A stretch of DNA of 64,000 nt, taken from the NCBI GenBank assembly GCA_052390235.1, contig JBQTHB010000003.1, positions 96,001 through 160,000 on the forward strand, in the 5' to 3' direction. Shown piece by piece: positions 11,294-24,151 of the stretch. Positions within the stretch are counted from its first letter, which is position 1, and each line of letters starts with the position of its first letter. This DNA comes from Deltaproteobacteria bacterium (GTDB taxonomy: Bacteria > Desulfobacterota_D > UBA1144 > Nemesobacterales > CSP1-2). Both the position numbers and the translations under genes were made by a program. The notes beneath the pieces were generated by a model, which saw only the letters and a program-made list of their open reading frames with translations, made no database searches and was not told the DNA's origin.

Positions 11294-11710
11294 GTGAGAA
11301 GCCCACTACTACTAATAGTGATATGCTCCGCGGCAATTGCATTTTCTGGGTGCGCGCGCGAGTGGAAAAACCCCAACACTGCCATCCCCTCCGACAAGGT
11401 CAGAATCGCCGCTATTCTCATAAGTCCGATATTTTATGACAGCGCCGGCGTAACAGTCGAGGGGAAGGTGTGGGACTTGCAGGTCAATGCGCTTGATAAT
11501 AAAAACCCCTACACGCGGTTTAAAATCGCCGACAGAGAGGGCAATTTCGTCAACGTCTCTGCTTCGGGAATTGTCCCCCTTTTCGAGGGCGAGATAGTAG
11601 AGGTTACAGGAATCTATCGCCGCGAGCTTCAGACCGAGGGCGGGATACGCATGAACGAAATCGAGGCGCGCCAAATCGAGAGCGGCACGGCAACATTTAG
11701 CCTCAGATGA
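11294..11710 (+). CDS. Putative lipoprotein with an OB-fold-like domain
   Basis: Lipobox AFSGC; GVTVEGKV...GEIVEVTGIY beta-rich pattern; GGAGG RBS. Confidence 0.6.
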   Translation: MRSPLLLIVICSAAIAFSGCAREWKNPNTAIPSDKVRIAAILISPIFYDSAGVTVEGKVWDLQVNALDNKNPYTRFKIADREGNFVNVSASGIVPLFEGEIVEVTGIYRRELQTEGGIRMNEIEARQIESGTATFSLR

Positions 11711-11859
11711 GTCGCTGCCGGATACTGTGGCGAGTCATTGTCGAAACACAGGACTCCCGCTAGGTACATCCGTAGAGCCGCGCTTACGCTCTGCCGCTAA
11801 CTCAGAATGAATTAAGCCCCAGAAAAATCGAGGTGGCCGGGGAATTTAGGGCTTTGAAG

Positions 11860-14401
<2,542 letters not shown>

Positions 14402-15991
14402 CTATAGCATTACCTGCGTAACGGAGATTACATTCGGGAGCTTCGATATTTCGCCTATGACCTCATCCGAGACAGCGGAGTCAATATTAATAAACGCTAT
14501 CGCCCGCCCCCCGACGCTCTCGCGCCCAAGGTGCATCCGCGCAATGTTGACCCCTCTTGCGCCGAGAATCGAGCAAGCGCCGCCTACCACTCCGGGCTTG
14601 TCGTGGTTTTCGCATATGAGCAGATACCCCTGTGGGATAACGTCAACCGAGAAGCCGTTGACCTTTACGAATCTCGCCTCGTCTTTGCCAAATATCGTGC
14701 CGGCGACGTACTTCTCGCCTTCTGCGGTTTTGACCTTTATGGAGATGAGGCTCGTGAAATCCTCTGACTTCGAGGATTTGGACTCTACAACTCTAATTCC
14801 GCGCTCTTTGGCAATGACGGGAGCGTTCACATAGCTCACGACGAGGTCCATTATTGGGCTTAGGAATCCCTTGAGAGCGGCAATAGTGAGCGGGGCGAGT
14901 TTGAATTCGGCAACCTCTCCGCTGTATTCGATGTGAATCTCCTCAACGCCGCTTCTGCAGAACTGCCCTTGGAAACTGCCCAGCTTCTCGGCAAGGCTAA
15001 TGTAGGGCTTCATCGCTTTGAGAAGCTCAAGACTAATCGAGGGCATATTCACGGCGTTTTTCACGACGCCGTTTATGAAGAAGTCAATCATCTGCTCGGC
15101 TATGGCTGAGGATACTTTCGTCTGCGCCTCTTCGGTGGACGCGCCGAGGTGAGGGGTATAGACCAAATTTTCATCATAGCTGAAGATGGGGTTGTCCCTG
15201 TCAGGGGGTTCTTTCTCGAACACGTCAATCGCCGCCCCGCCGATATGCCCGCTCTTTAATGCCTCGTGGAGGTCTGCTTCGTTGACAATGCCACCTCTGG
15301 CGCAGTTGATGAGAATGACGCCCTTTTTCATGCGGGCTATGGCGTTCTTGCCGATGAGGTTTTTAGTGTCGGCAGTAAGCGGCGTGTGAATGGTGATAAC
15401 GTCGGCGCGCTCAATGAGTTCATCGAGGGAGACAAGCTCGATTCCCATTTTCAAAGTCGCTTCAGGGGTGAGAAACGGGTCATAGGCTATGACTTTCATC
15501 TTAACCCCGATGGCGCGCTCGGCTACGAGCCTGCCGATGTTGCCCAGACCGATGACGCCAAGGGTCTTTCCAAATATCTCTCTGCCCTTGAATTTGTCCC
15601 TCTCCCAGAGCCCGGATTTAAGCGATGCGTGCGCCTGAGGGATTCTCCTTGCGATGGCGAACATCAGGGCTATGGTGTGTTCGGCGGTGGTGGTGGCGTT
15701 CGCCTCAGGGGTGTTCATGACAACGATGCCTTTTTTCGTAGCCGCTTCCACGTCAACGTTGTCAACGCCAATGCCCGCTCTGCCAATGACTTTCAGCCGC
15801 CCCCCGGCGGCTTCAATGAGGTCGGCTGTAACTTTTGTGCCGCTCCTCACGATGAGTCCGTCAAAGTCTTTTATGATTTGCTTAAGCTCATCGTTGGGAA
15901 GCCCCTTTTTGCTCACAATTTCCAATTCGGAATAGGATTTAAGCATTGATAACCCTTCTTCCGACAGACCGTCAGTGATTAATACCCTCAA
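14402..15991 (-). CDS. serA: D-3-phosphoglycerate dehydrogenase with ASB/ACT domains
   Basis: IGRAGIGVDNVD, GLGNIG, NCARGG, TPHLGASTEEAQ, ACT domain DKPGVVG; TTG start at 15991 after GGAGGA. Confidence 0.96.
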   Translation of the reverse strand: MRVLITDGLSEEGLSMLKSYSELEIVSKKGLPNDELKQIIKDFDGLIVRSGTKVTADLIEAAGGRLKVIGRAGIGVDNVDVEAATKKGIVVMNTPEANATTTAEHTIALMFAIARRIPQAHASLKSGLWERDKFKGREIFGKTLGVIGLGNIGRLVAERAIGVKMKVIAYDPFLTPEATLKMGIELVSLDELIERADVITIHTPLTADTKNLIGKNAIARMKKGVILINCARGGIVNEADLHEALKSGHIGGAAIDVFEKEPPDRDNPIFSYDENLVYTPHLGASTEEAQTKVSSAIAEQMIDFFINGVVKNAVNMPSISLELLKAMKPYISLAEKLGSFQGQFCRSGVEEIHIEYSGEVAEFKLAPLTIAALKGFLSPIMDLVVSYVNAPVIAKERGIRVVESKSSKSEDFTSLISIKVKTAEGEKYVAGTIFGKDEARFVKVNGFSVDVIPQGYLLICENHDKPGVVGGACSILGARGVNIARMHLGRESVGGRAIAFINIDSAVSDEVIGEISKLPNVISVTQVML

Positions 15992-16040
15992 TGTTATCCT
16001 CCAAGAGAAATTAAGACAGGAATTATTTAGACGGGATAGA

Positions 16041-16069
16041 AATATATGCGAGTCGGGGGGGGTTGTCAA
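16041..16069 (-). promoter_or_regulatory. Sigma70 promoter for serA-hisZ-purA
   Basis: Minus strand TTGACA-17 bp-TATATT. Confidence 0.6.
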
Positions 16070-16149
16070 TCAAAATGCGCGATGATGGAGGATGCAGGAT
16101 ATAGCCCTACCCTCTCTTGAGGCGATTGTATCGAAATGATAATTAATGC

Positions 16150-16660
16150 TTTCATCCTGAGCGGAGCCGAAGCTCTGGATTCCCACTTTCGTGAGAATGA
16201 CAAACAAGCTCTGCCACTGCGAGTCTTATTCTTGTCATTCCGAACGTTAGAGAGGAATCTTATTCAGGATTTGTCGCTATAGCTATAGATTTCTCAGTCG
16301 CTAACGCGCTCCATCGAAACGACAACGGGGGTGGGGCGGCGCAAGTTGACGCAGAGGAGGCAACAACTAAAGACAACGCAGGAGGATTGTCATTCCCGCA
16401 AATCATCTGAGCGGGAATCCAGTTTTCTTCATAGTAGGAAATGTCTTCATAGTGAGTCCTTCGATAAACTCTGTATAGACTCCGTTAAGCTATGGATTCC
16501 CACTTTCGTGAGAATGACAAACGGGTTCTGCCACTGCGAGTCTTATCCTTCTCATTCCGAGCCTTATTCTTGTCATTCCGAACGTTAGAGAGGAATCTTA
16601 TTCAGGATTTGTCGCTATAGCTATAGATTTCTCAGTCGCTACTACTCTCTCGAAATGACA
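16150..16660. repeat. Mosaic of REP/dRS3-like palindromic elements; two ~155-170 bp imperfect direct-repeat units (16171-16324 and 16488-16660)
   Basis: TGGATTCCCACTTTCGTGAGAATGACA twice; TGTCATTCCGAACGTTAGAGAGGAATCT twice; TGTCATTCCCGC...GCGGGAATCCAG at 16388. Confidence 0.85.
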
Positions 16661-16799
16661 GTATGTAAGGGGCGCAGGATGTGTTATGTCGAGCAATAGC
16701 AAGAAATCTCGCCCTGCGTTTCCATCCATAAATATGTAGAACTGGCAGCCCCATCCAAATTGAGAACGGGCATAGATTAGGTAACCTTCTGACCTAATC

Positions 16800-17576
16800 A
16801 TGAGCGAAGAAGAGTTCAAAGAAGAATCCAAGATGCCGTTTCTTGAGCATTTGGCTGAGTTGCGAAAGCGGATGCTTTGGTCAATTGCGGCAATAGGGGT
16901 CTTTTTTATTCCCGCGTATTCGTATTCGGAGGAGCTATTCAATCTCCTGATGCGCCCCATCATCGCCAACCTGCCCGAGGGAAGCTCGCTCATTTTCACA
17001 GCGCCGGCGGAGGGATTTACCACTTATCTGAAGGTGTCTCTATTCGCCGCTTTGGTGATGGCGTTTCCATTTGTTCTGCTTCAAATCTGGAAATTCATTG
17101 GGCCCGCGCTCTACAGAGAGGAAAAGCGAATTGCTCTGCCGTTTATCTTCTTCGGCACGATTTTCTTCCTCGCGGGGGGGGCTTTTTGCTATTTCATCAC
17201 CGCCCCGACGGCGTTTAAATTCCTGCTCGGCGAGTATTCATCCGAATACGTCAAGGCGATGCCCACAATTGCAAACGCGCTGTCTTTTTTCATAAGCCTC
17301 ATATTCGGGTTCGGGCTCGTGTTTGAGTTTCCGCTTGTCTCGTTTCTGCTGGCTAGGCTCGGCATCATCAACAGCCAGATGCTTCGGAGCTATAGGAAAT
17401 ACGCCATTCTCATCAGCACCGCCGTCGCCGCCGTCATAACCCCCACAACCGACGCAATTTCGATGATGTTCATGCTCGTGCCGCTCATCGTTTTCTACGA
17501 GCTTGGAATCATCGTAGCGTGGGTATTCGGGAAGAAGAAATCAGAGCCGGCAGACGAACAAGAGGCACAGGGCTAG
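16800..17576 (+). CDS. tatC: Twin-arginine translocase subunit TatC
   Basis: MPFLEHLAELRKR, QIWKFIGPALY, FGLVFEFP, AAVITPTTD. Confidence 0.96.
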   Translation: MSEEEFKEESKMPFLEHLAELRKRMLWSIAAIGVFFIPAYSYSEELFNLLMRPIIANLPEGSSLIFTAPAEGFTTYLKVSLFAALVMAFPFVLLQIWKFIGPALYREEKRIALPFIFFGTIFFLAGGAFCYFITAPTAFKFLLGEYSSEYVKAMPTIANALSFFISLIFGFGLVFEFPLVSFLLARLGIINSQMLRSYRKYAILISTAVAAVITPTTDAISMMFMLVPLIVFYELGIIVAWVFGKKKSEPADEQEAQG

Positions 17577-17702
17577 GATTTATTCTGTCTCCATCCCTCG
17601 GCGCGAGGTAAAGCCCCATAGTTTCCCGCCAACGCCTGAGTTGATTTCCCCTCATGACATTTGTATATTATTGCCCATTGTGCTAGTTCGACTCTCGGAG
17701 GG

Positions 17703-18335
17703 ATGATGAGAATAATTTTTATGCTCCTCGTATGTTTAATCCTCGCGTATCCGGCGTATTCAGACGAGAATACCCCGCGGAGCAGTTCGTCCCCGCTAGG
17801 ACTCAAGCTCGGAACGTCGAGAAAGCAGGCGCTCGGCTTTATTGAATCCCGCGGCAACAAAATCATAGAAAACACTAAGGACTCAAAAAACGTTAGAACC
17901 GTGTTTATCGAAGGCGCGCTCGTCGAACTCCCGCTCGACACTGCAAACGCCGCCCTTTCCACGCGTCTTGAGTTCTACGACGAGAAACTCATGTCCTCAT
18001 CCCTCATCCTCAAATCGGACGGCCCATCAAAGCACAAATCCCTCGAAGGGGAGCTTGCCAAATTTCTCGGCGAACTCTACGGAGACGCAGGAGACACCGA
18101 AACCGTGCTTGGCATTAGGAGCCTCACCTGGTACGTCCCGAAGGTGAGAATCGTCTTCAGCGCGAACCCGTCAAATAACACCGCGAAGGTTCAGTACATT
18201 TATGAGCCGGTCAATCAAGCAAAGCGGAGCAAGGAATTCGAGCAGAAGCAAGATGGACCCGCGCCAGACCCGGCTAAGCAGATGTTCCTGGACGGCGACT
18301 ATAGCCAGTCCTCGCCGGCGAGCCGCCCCCAGTAA
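17703..18335 (+). CDS. Hypothetical exported protein
   Basis: Signal peptide MMRIIFMLLVCLILAYPAYS; GGAGG RBS. Confidence 0.7.
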   Translation: MMRIIFMLLVCLILAYPAYSDENTPRSSSSPLGLKLGTSRKQALGFIESRGNKIIENTKDSKNVRTVFIEGALVELPLDTANAALSTRLEFYDEKLMSSSLILKSDGPSKHKSLEGELAKFLGELYGDAGDTETVLGIRSLTWYVPKVRIVFSANPSNNTAKVQYIYEPVNQAKRSKEFEQKQDGPAPDPAKQMFLDGDYSQSSPASRPQ

Positions 18336-18342
18336 TAGGAGT

Positions 18343-18837
18343 TTAATATTTCGTGCAGGGTCGAAGCTCGTCCAGATTTGAATCGTCGGGATTTAGAAAT
18401 CCGTAGGCGTGCGCCCATTCGTGCTTCAGAAGGGGCAGGGTTCCCTCGCGGTTAAAAGCCTTATAGGTTACGATAATGAGGCTCGCGGTGGGGTCGTATT
18501 CGCCGTTGCATCTGCCTCCGTGGTATTTGCACTCAAACGTGCCGTCCACAACGGATATTAAGAACCCGCGGGCCGTCTCCCCTCCATCGGCGATGCTTCG
18601 ACACCTGCTGAATTCGAGAAATTGGCGGTCAATCTCCCCTAGAATCGCAACTTTTCTCCCCGATAGACCCTTTGGAATGGCGACGTTGAACCTGCCTACG
18701 GGGGTAATTTCCACAGCGGCGGACTGTATTTTTTCCTTATTGACCCTTTTAGGGTCAATCACCGAAGACACCCTTTGCGCGTTGGCGCAGGATGCGAGCA
18801 GAATTAACGCCGCAATTAACAGGGCCGTGATTTTCAT
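18343..18837 (-). CDS. Putative lipoprotein with an HExxH zincin motif
   Basis: Lipobox LASC; LLKHEWAHAYG; AGGAG RBS. Confidence 0.65.
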   Translation of the reverse strand: MKITALLIAALILLASCANAQRVSSVIDPKRVNKEKIQSAAVEITPVGRFNVAIPKGLSGRKVAILGEIDRQFLEFSRCRSIADGGETARGFLISVVDGTFECKYHGGRCNGEYDPTASLIIVTYKAFNREGTLPLLKHEWAHAYGFLNPDDSNLDELRPCTKY

Positions 18838-18985
18838 CCCAATCGTCTCCTCAAGTTTGAATTATGGCTCCCAGCCCGCACAATTAGGGAATTCAGATAC
18901 TTATACGCGCTCAATCCGGCAGGCAAATTTTCCCCGCCGCCCGCTTTGAGGCATAATATAGCCTAAAAAAAAGGAGAAAGTTGAA

Positions 18986-19822
18986 TTGAGCCAACTCACC
19001 ATGAAACTCGGTCATAGCCCAGACCCCGACGACGCCTTCATGTTCTATGGCATAGCGAGCGGCAGGGTGTCGCTTCCGGGAGTGAATTTCGTTCACGTCA
19101 TCGAGGACATCCAAACCCTGAACCAGCGCGCAGTGCAGGGGGAACTCGAGGTTACGGCAATATCCGCCCACGCCTACCTCTACGTCCAGGACAAGTATAG
19201 AATCCTGTCCTGCGGGGCGAGTATGGGCGAGGGCTACGGGCCAATAGTGGTGTCTAAGGGGGCGATTTCAGCGAATTTGGCGGGAAGGCGCGTGGGCGTA
19301 CCCGGAAAGTTAACCTCGGCGTATCTCCTGCTCTGCCTGTATGCCGAGGGTTTCATCCCTGTGGAGATGCCCTTTGATGCGATAATGGACGCCGTGAAGA
19401 GCGGAGAGGTCGAGGCGGGGCTTCTCATCCACGAGGGACAGCTCACTTATGAGGGCTTAGGGCTTCGGATGACGCTTGATTTGGGCGAGGCTTGGGCGAA
19501 GGAGACGGGACTGCCCATGCCGCTTGGGATAAACACCGTAAGGCGGGATATTGACGAGACCCTGCAGAGGGGAATTTTGCGAGTCCACCGCGAGAGCATT
19601 GACTTTGGACTCGCCAACAAGGACGACGCCCTCGATTACGCCCTCAGATACGGTAGGGGGATGAAAAGGGATTTGGGCGAGAAATTCGTGCTGATGTACG
19701 TAAATAACTACACGCAAAACCTGGGCGAGCGTGGCAGGGAGGCGCTCCGGTATTTCTACGACAGGGCGTTCGATAGGGGAATAATCAAGGACAAACCGAG
19801 ACTCGACATTCTGGAGCTATAA
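18986..19822 (+). CDS. mqnD: 1,4-dihydroxy-6-naphthoate synthase (futalosine pathway), MqnA/MqnD family
   Basis: GHSPDPDDAFMFY, DIQTLN, GASMGEGYGP, LLIHEGQLTY, MYVNNYT. Confidence 0.9.
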   Translation: MSQLTMKLGHSPDPDDAFMFYGIASGRVSLPGVNFVHVIEDIQTLNQRAVQGELEVTAISAHAYLYVQDKYRILSCGASMGEGYGPIVVSKGAISANLAGRRVGVPGKLTSAYLLLCLYAEGFIPVEMPFDAIMDAVKSGEVEAGLLIHEGQLTYEGLGLRMTLDLGEAWAKETGLPMPLGINTVRRDIDETLQRGILRVHRESIDFGLANKDDALDYALRYGRGMKRDLGEKFVLMYVNNYTQNLGERGREALRYFYDRAFDRGIIKDKPRLDILEL

Positions 19823-19861
19823 AATCTCCCGCCGCTTGAGTGTCTCATGGGATGTTGGGGG

Positions 19862-20128
19862 TTACTTTTTTTTATCTACAACCTCGTATTCGTTCTGCCT
19901 GAGAATGATGGTTTTGCCGTCGCTATCCACGCGCCCCGCCCCCCTGCCTTTGGGCGAGAAAAGCGAGCGCACCACTAGGTAGCCTATCCCGACCGCTCCA
20001 ACCACAGCGCCGACGAAAAGCCCCAAAACCGCCAAAGCCCCGAACAGTATCGCGGCGAGAATAATGACCGGATACAGGGAAAGCGGTATGTTTTTCCTAT
20101 TGAAATAAAATCCGAAGTTTTTTTTCAT
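19862..20128 (-). CDS. Small hypothetical membrane protein
   Basis: Long hydrophobic stretch; GAGG RBS. Confidence 0.6.
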   Translation of the reverse strand: MKKNFGFYFNRKNIPLSLYPVIILAAILFGALAVLGLFVGAVVGAVGIGYLVVRSLFSPKGRGAGRVDSDGKTIILRQNEYEVVDKKK

Positions 20129-20214
20129 TGTCCATAACCTCTCATCTTCTGGCGCAAATTAGTATCGCATCGCCCCCCACTGGGATAAATTATAGCCGAA
20201 CCCGCGATAATCCA

Positions 20215-21174
20215 TCAGACCGGCACGCGAACCCTCTCAAGAGCCTCGCGCACAGCCTGCTCCTCCCCTCCGCTCCTTCCAAAGGAACGGCCGTTTTTCA
20301 GTACAACCCTATGAGCCAAAACCGATACCGCCGTGCGCTTTATGTCATCAGGGATGCAGTACATCCGCCCCTCGACAATGGCGTGAGCCTGAGCCACGAG
20401 CTTTAGCGCTATCGCTCCCCTTGGGCTTACCCCAAGCTCAAATACTCTTAGGTTTCTGGTCTCGCCGACTATGGCTAGAATATAATCGAGCAGAGAGTCG
20501 TCCACCCGCACCTTTTCCGCCACGGCTTGGAGTCCCGACACTTCATCTCTCGATATAACGGGATGAATTCCCTCGGAGGGATTTAACGCGCTCTGTCGCT
20601 GGAGAATCGCCTTTTCGCTCTCATGGCTCGGATACCCGACACTTATACGCATAGAGAACCTGTCAAGCTGGTTTTCGGGAAGGGGAAACGTGCCTTTGTA
20701 TTCAAACGGGTTCTGAGTGGCAACAACCATAAACGGCTTCGGAAGCTCGCGGCTCACCCCATCCACAGTAACGCACCCCTCGCTCATCGCCTCTAGGAGC
20801 GCGCTTTGGGTTTTGGGGGTAGCGCGGTTGATTTCATCGGCAAGAACGACGTTGGCAAAAACGGGCCCCGGCTTGAAATTGAACTCCCCAGATTTTTGGT
20901 CGAATATTGAGACGCCGAGAATGTCAGAGGGCAGAAGGTCGCTTGTGAACTGTATTTTTTTAAATGCCAGAGCGGTTGATTTGGCAAGCGTGCCGGCGAG
21001 CGTGGTTTTTCCGACCCCCGGCATATCCTCAATTAAAATATGCCCCTGAGCGATAAGCCCAACGATAACGGATTTGACGGTTTCGGGCTTGCCTTGAATT
21101 ACTTTTTCTATGTTTCGCTGTAGGGTTTTAATCTTTTTTATAAGCTCGGACAGTTCCAAAGCGTATTCCCCCAA
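20215..21174 (-). CDS. MoxR-family AAA+ ATPase
   Basis: EDMPGVGKTT, IQFTSDLLPSD, LADEINRATPKTQSALLEAM, ATQNP, GVSPRG. Confidence 0.95.
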   Translation of the reverse strand: MGEYALELSELIKKIKTLQRNIEKVIQGKPETVKSVIVGLIAQGHILIEDMPGVGKTTLAGTLAKSTALAFKKIQFTSDLLPSDILGVSIFDQKSGEFNFKPGPVFANVVLADEINRATPKTQSALLEAMSEGCVTVDGVSRELPKPFMVVATQNPFEYKGTFPLPENQLDRFSMRISVGYPSHESEKAILQRQSALNPSEGIHPVISRDEVSGLQAVAEKVRVDDSLLDYILAIVGETRNLRVFELGVSPRGAIALKLVAQAHAIVEGRMYCIPDDIKRTAVSVLAHRVVLKNGRSFGRSGGEEQAVREALERVRVPV

Positions 21175-21223
21175 TTATAGTCGCCGGCGCGGATCGCTAA
21201 TTGCTTGCATCCCTCATCGGGAA

Positions 21224-24079
21224 TCACGCCTCAGCGCCGCAGCATTTTTTATACTTTTTTCCGCTTCCGCATGGGCAGGGGTCGTTCCTGCCGACCTTCT
21301 GCTCGCGCTTTGCGGGTTTTTTACCCTCGTCGCTTTCGGCTTTGTTTAAAACCAGTCTCTGCTGATCGGCTTTTCTCTTGCGCTCGAGACTCTCCACGTC
21401 CACATCGCTTACGGGCTTGACCCTAAAGAGCTTCTCGCACACATCCGCCGAGAGCCGCCCTATCAGCCCTGAAAACATGGCGTAGCCCTCTTTTTTATAT
21501 TCATAGAGCGGGTCTTTTTGGGCGTATCCCCTAAGTCCAATTCCCTCTCTGAGGTGATCCATACTGAGCAGATGGTCTTTCCACAGGTAATCGAGCGTCT
21601 GAAGCATGATGAATCTCTCGATTTGACGCATGGTGTCCGCGCCGATGTCAGCCTCTTTTTGCTCATAGGAGGCGAAGACCTGAGCGCGAATCGCCTCAAT
21701 AAGCTCATCCCTCGATGCCCCGTTTTGGAACAGCCCATTGGACTCGAACTGGAGATTGAAATTGCCATGCAGGGCTTCGGTAAGCCCGCTTGAGTCCGCC
21801 CCGCTCGCGCCGCTTCTCTCAGGTATGAACGAGGCTACGGTCTCATCCAAAATGCCGCCTGCCATATCGTAGAACGCATCCTTGAGGTTTTCGCCCTGAA
21901 GGAACTCCCGCCGCTTCCTATAGACGACGTCTCTTTGAGTGTTCAGCACGTCGTCGTATTCAAGCAGGTGCTTTCTGATGTCGAAATTTCTCGCCTCGAC
22001 CTGCTTCTGAGCATTTTCGATGGATTTGGTGATGAGTTTCGCCTCTATCGGTTCGCCCTCTTCCCAGCCGAGCCTGTCCATGATTTTCGATATTCTCTCG
22101 GAGGCAAATATCCTCATTAAATCATCTTCAAGCGATACGAAAAAGCGCGACGCCCCGGGGTCTCCCTGCCTGCCTGAGCGCCCCCTTAGCTGATTGTCAA
22201 TCCTCCTCGATTCGTGCCGCTCCGTGCCAATAATCGTAAGCCCGCCGAGTTCGATGACCTTCCTCTTCTCTCTCTCACAGATGGATTTCGCCTCCAGCAT
22301 CGCCTCTTCAAACTGACTTGGGGTCGCGTCCTGAGGCTCTGCCTTGAGCCTGCGCCTCAAAATATCGCGCGCCAAAAACTCTGAGTTGCCTCCGAGCAGG
22401 ATGTCCGTTCCGCGTCCTGCCATGTTTGTGGCAATCGTGATAGCGCCGATACGCCCGGCTTGGGCGACGATTTCGGCTTCTTTCTCGTGATGTTTTGCGT
22501 TCAGCACCTGATGCGGGATTTTAGCCTTGTCTAGCTCGCGGCTGAGTTTCTCGGATTTCTCGATTGAAGTTGTTCCGACAAGCACGGGGCGGCCCGCGGT
22601 GTTTAGCTCCCGAATTTCTTTGACCAATGCGCCGAGTTTCTCGCGGTCGGATCTGTAAATGGAGTCGTTGTGGTCGGCTCGAATCATCGCCCTGTGCGTG
22701 GGGACGACCGATACGTCGAGCTTGTAGATATTTTTGAATTCAAACGCCTCGGTGTCCGCCGTGCCGGTCATGCCCGCGAGCTTGTGATACATTCTGAAAT
22801 AATTTTGAATAGTGATAGTGGCAAGCGTTTGGTTTTCGTTTTCGATTTGGACGCCCTCTTTTGCCTCGATAGCCTGATGGAGACCGTCGCTCCAGCGTCT
22901 GCCGGGCATGAGGCGTCCGGTGAATTCATCCACAATTACGACTTTGCCGTCGCTAATCATGTAGTCCACATCGAGTTGAAATAAATTATGGGCGCGCAGG
23001 GCTTGTATAACGTGGTGTAGCAGTTCAAGGTTCGCCGGGTCATAGACGTTTCCGACGCCGAGCATCTTCTCAATTCTAGTTGAGCCGTCTTCGGTGGGGG
23101 TTATCTGGCGGGTTTTCTCATCAACCGTAAAGTCCGCGTCTCTTTTGAGCTTCCTCACGACGGTGTCAATTTCGTAGTAGAGCTTAGTGGAATCCTCCGA
23201 GGGGCCGGAGATAATAAGCGGGGTTCTCGCCTCGTCTATCAGGATGCTGTCAACCTCGTCAACTATGGCGAAGTTGTGTTCGCGCTGAACGTAGTCGGCA
23301 AGGGAGAACTTCATATTGTCCCTCAGGTAGTCGAAGCCGAATTCGTTGTTAGTGCCGTAGGTGGCGTCGGCGGCGTAAGCGGCTTTTCTCGTGCAGGGGA
23401 TGAGTTTGGTCTTAAATGCGGAGAACGCGTCGAGGTTTTTCTCCGGTGGAACGTCGCCGTTTGTAAACCCGTCTGGCCAAACCGAGAGGCTTTCCGCAAC
23501 GGCGCGCTCGGCTCTCTGAGGGTCTTCCCACTCAAGCAAATAGGACGCCTCGTGGTTTACGACGCCGACTCTGAGTCCCAGCAGTTTATAAATGGGCCCC
23601 ATCCAAGTAGCATCTCGCCTTGCCAAATAGTCGTTCACCGTAACCAGATGCACCCCTAAGCCGGTTAAGCCGTTTAGATAAATCGTAAGGGCGGCGACTA
23701 GGGTCTTTCCCTCTCCGGTCTTCATCTCGGCGATTTTGCCCTGATGAAGCACCATCCCTCCGATAAGCTGAACGTCAAAGTGGCGCATCCCAAGAGTCCT
23801 GCGGGAGGCTTCCCTTGCCACAGCGAACGCTTCGGGGAGTATCTCCCAGAGGGCTTGATTTAATTTCTCGCGGTAGCGCTCTTCGGACGCGTCGGCGGCG
23901 CGGGCGAGATTTTTTTTAATTTCGTCTCTGAAATAATCCGTCCTGGCTCGGAGCTGCGCCGTGGGGAGTTTGGTCAACTCCTTCTCATAAGCCCCAATTT
24001 CGGCGGCGATGGGACGGAGCTTTTTTATTTCTCTGTCGTTTTGAGTGCCTACAATTTTTTTCATAATATAAGAAAGCAT
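21224..24079 (-). CDS. secA: Preprotein translocase ATPase SecA
   Basis: [42 protein letters not shown]-terminal [18 protein letters not shown]. Confidence 0.98.
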   Translation of the reverse strand: MLSYIMKKIVGTQNDREIKKLRPIAAEIGAYEKELTKLPTAQLRARTDYFRDEIKKNLARAADASEERYREKLNQALWEILPEAFAVAREASRRTLGMRHFDVQLIGGMVLHQGKIAEMKTGEGKTLVAALTIYLNGLTGLGVHLVTVNDYLARRDATWMGPIYKLLGLRVGVVNHEASYLLEWEDPQRAERAVAESLSVWPDGFTNGDVPPEKNLDAFSAFKTKLIPCTRKAAYAADATYGTNNEFGFDYLRDNMKFSLADYVQREHNFAIVDEVDSILIDEARTPLIISGPSEDSTKLYYEIDTVVRKLKRDADFTVDEKTRQITPTEDGSTRIEKMLGVGNVYDPANLELLHHVIQALRAHNLFQLDVDYMISDGKVVIVDEFTGRLMPGRRWSDGLHQAIEAKEGVQIENENQTLATITIQNYFRMYHKLAGMTGTADTEAFEFKNIYKLDVSVVPTHRAMIRADHNDSIYRSDREKLGALVKEIRELNTAGRPVLVGTTSIEKSEKLSRELDKAKIPHQVLNAKHHEKEAEIVAQAGRIGAITIATNMAGRGTDILLGGNSEFLARDILRRRLKAEPQDATPSQFEEAMLEAKSICEREKRKVIELGGLTIIGTERHESRRIDNQLRGRSGRQGDPGASRFFVSLEDDLMRIFASERISKIMDRLGWEEGEPIEAKLITKSIENAQKQVEARNFDIRKHLLEYDDVLNTQRDVVYRKRREFLQGENLKDAFYDMAGGILDETVASFIPERSGASGADSSGLTEALHGNFNLQFESNGLFQNGASRDELIEAIRAQVFASYEQKEADIGADTMRQIERFIMLQTLDYLWKDHLLSMDHLREGIGLRGYAQKDPLYEYKKEGYAMFSGLIGRLSADVCEKLFRVKPVSDVDVESLERKRKADQQRLVLNKAESDEGKKPAKREQKVGRNDPCPCGSGKKYKKCCGAEA

Positions 24080-24151
24080 AGTTTTTGAATAACCCTCCTG
24101 ACCTGCCAATTAAACCCGTGATTTATGAAATAGTTCCCTAAGATTATATGT

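Noticed and set aside
16150..16660. Possible CRISPR array, or the small ORFs 16331-16588 and 16598-17023
   Set aside because: No regular repeat-spacer period and no cas genes; the ORFs are translations of palindromic repeats or antisense to tatC
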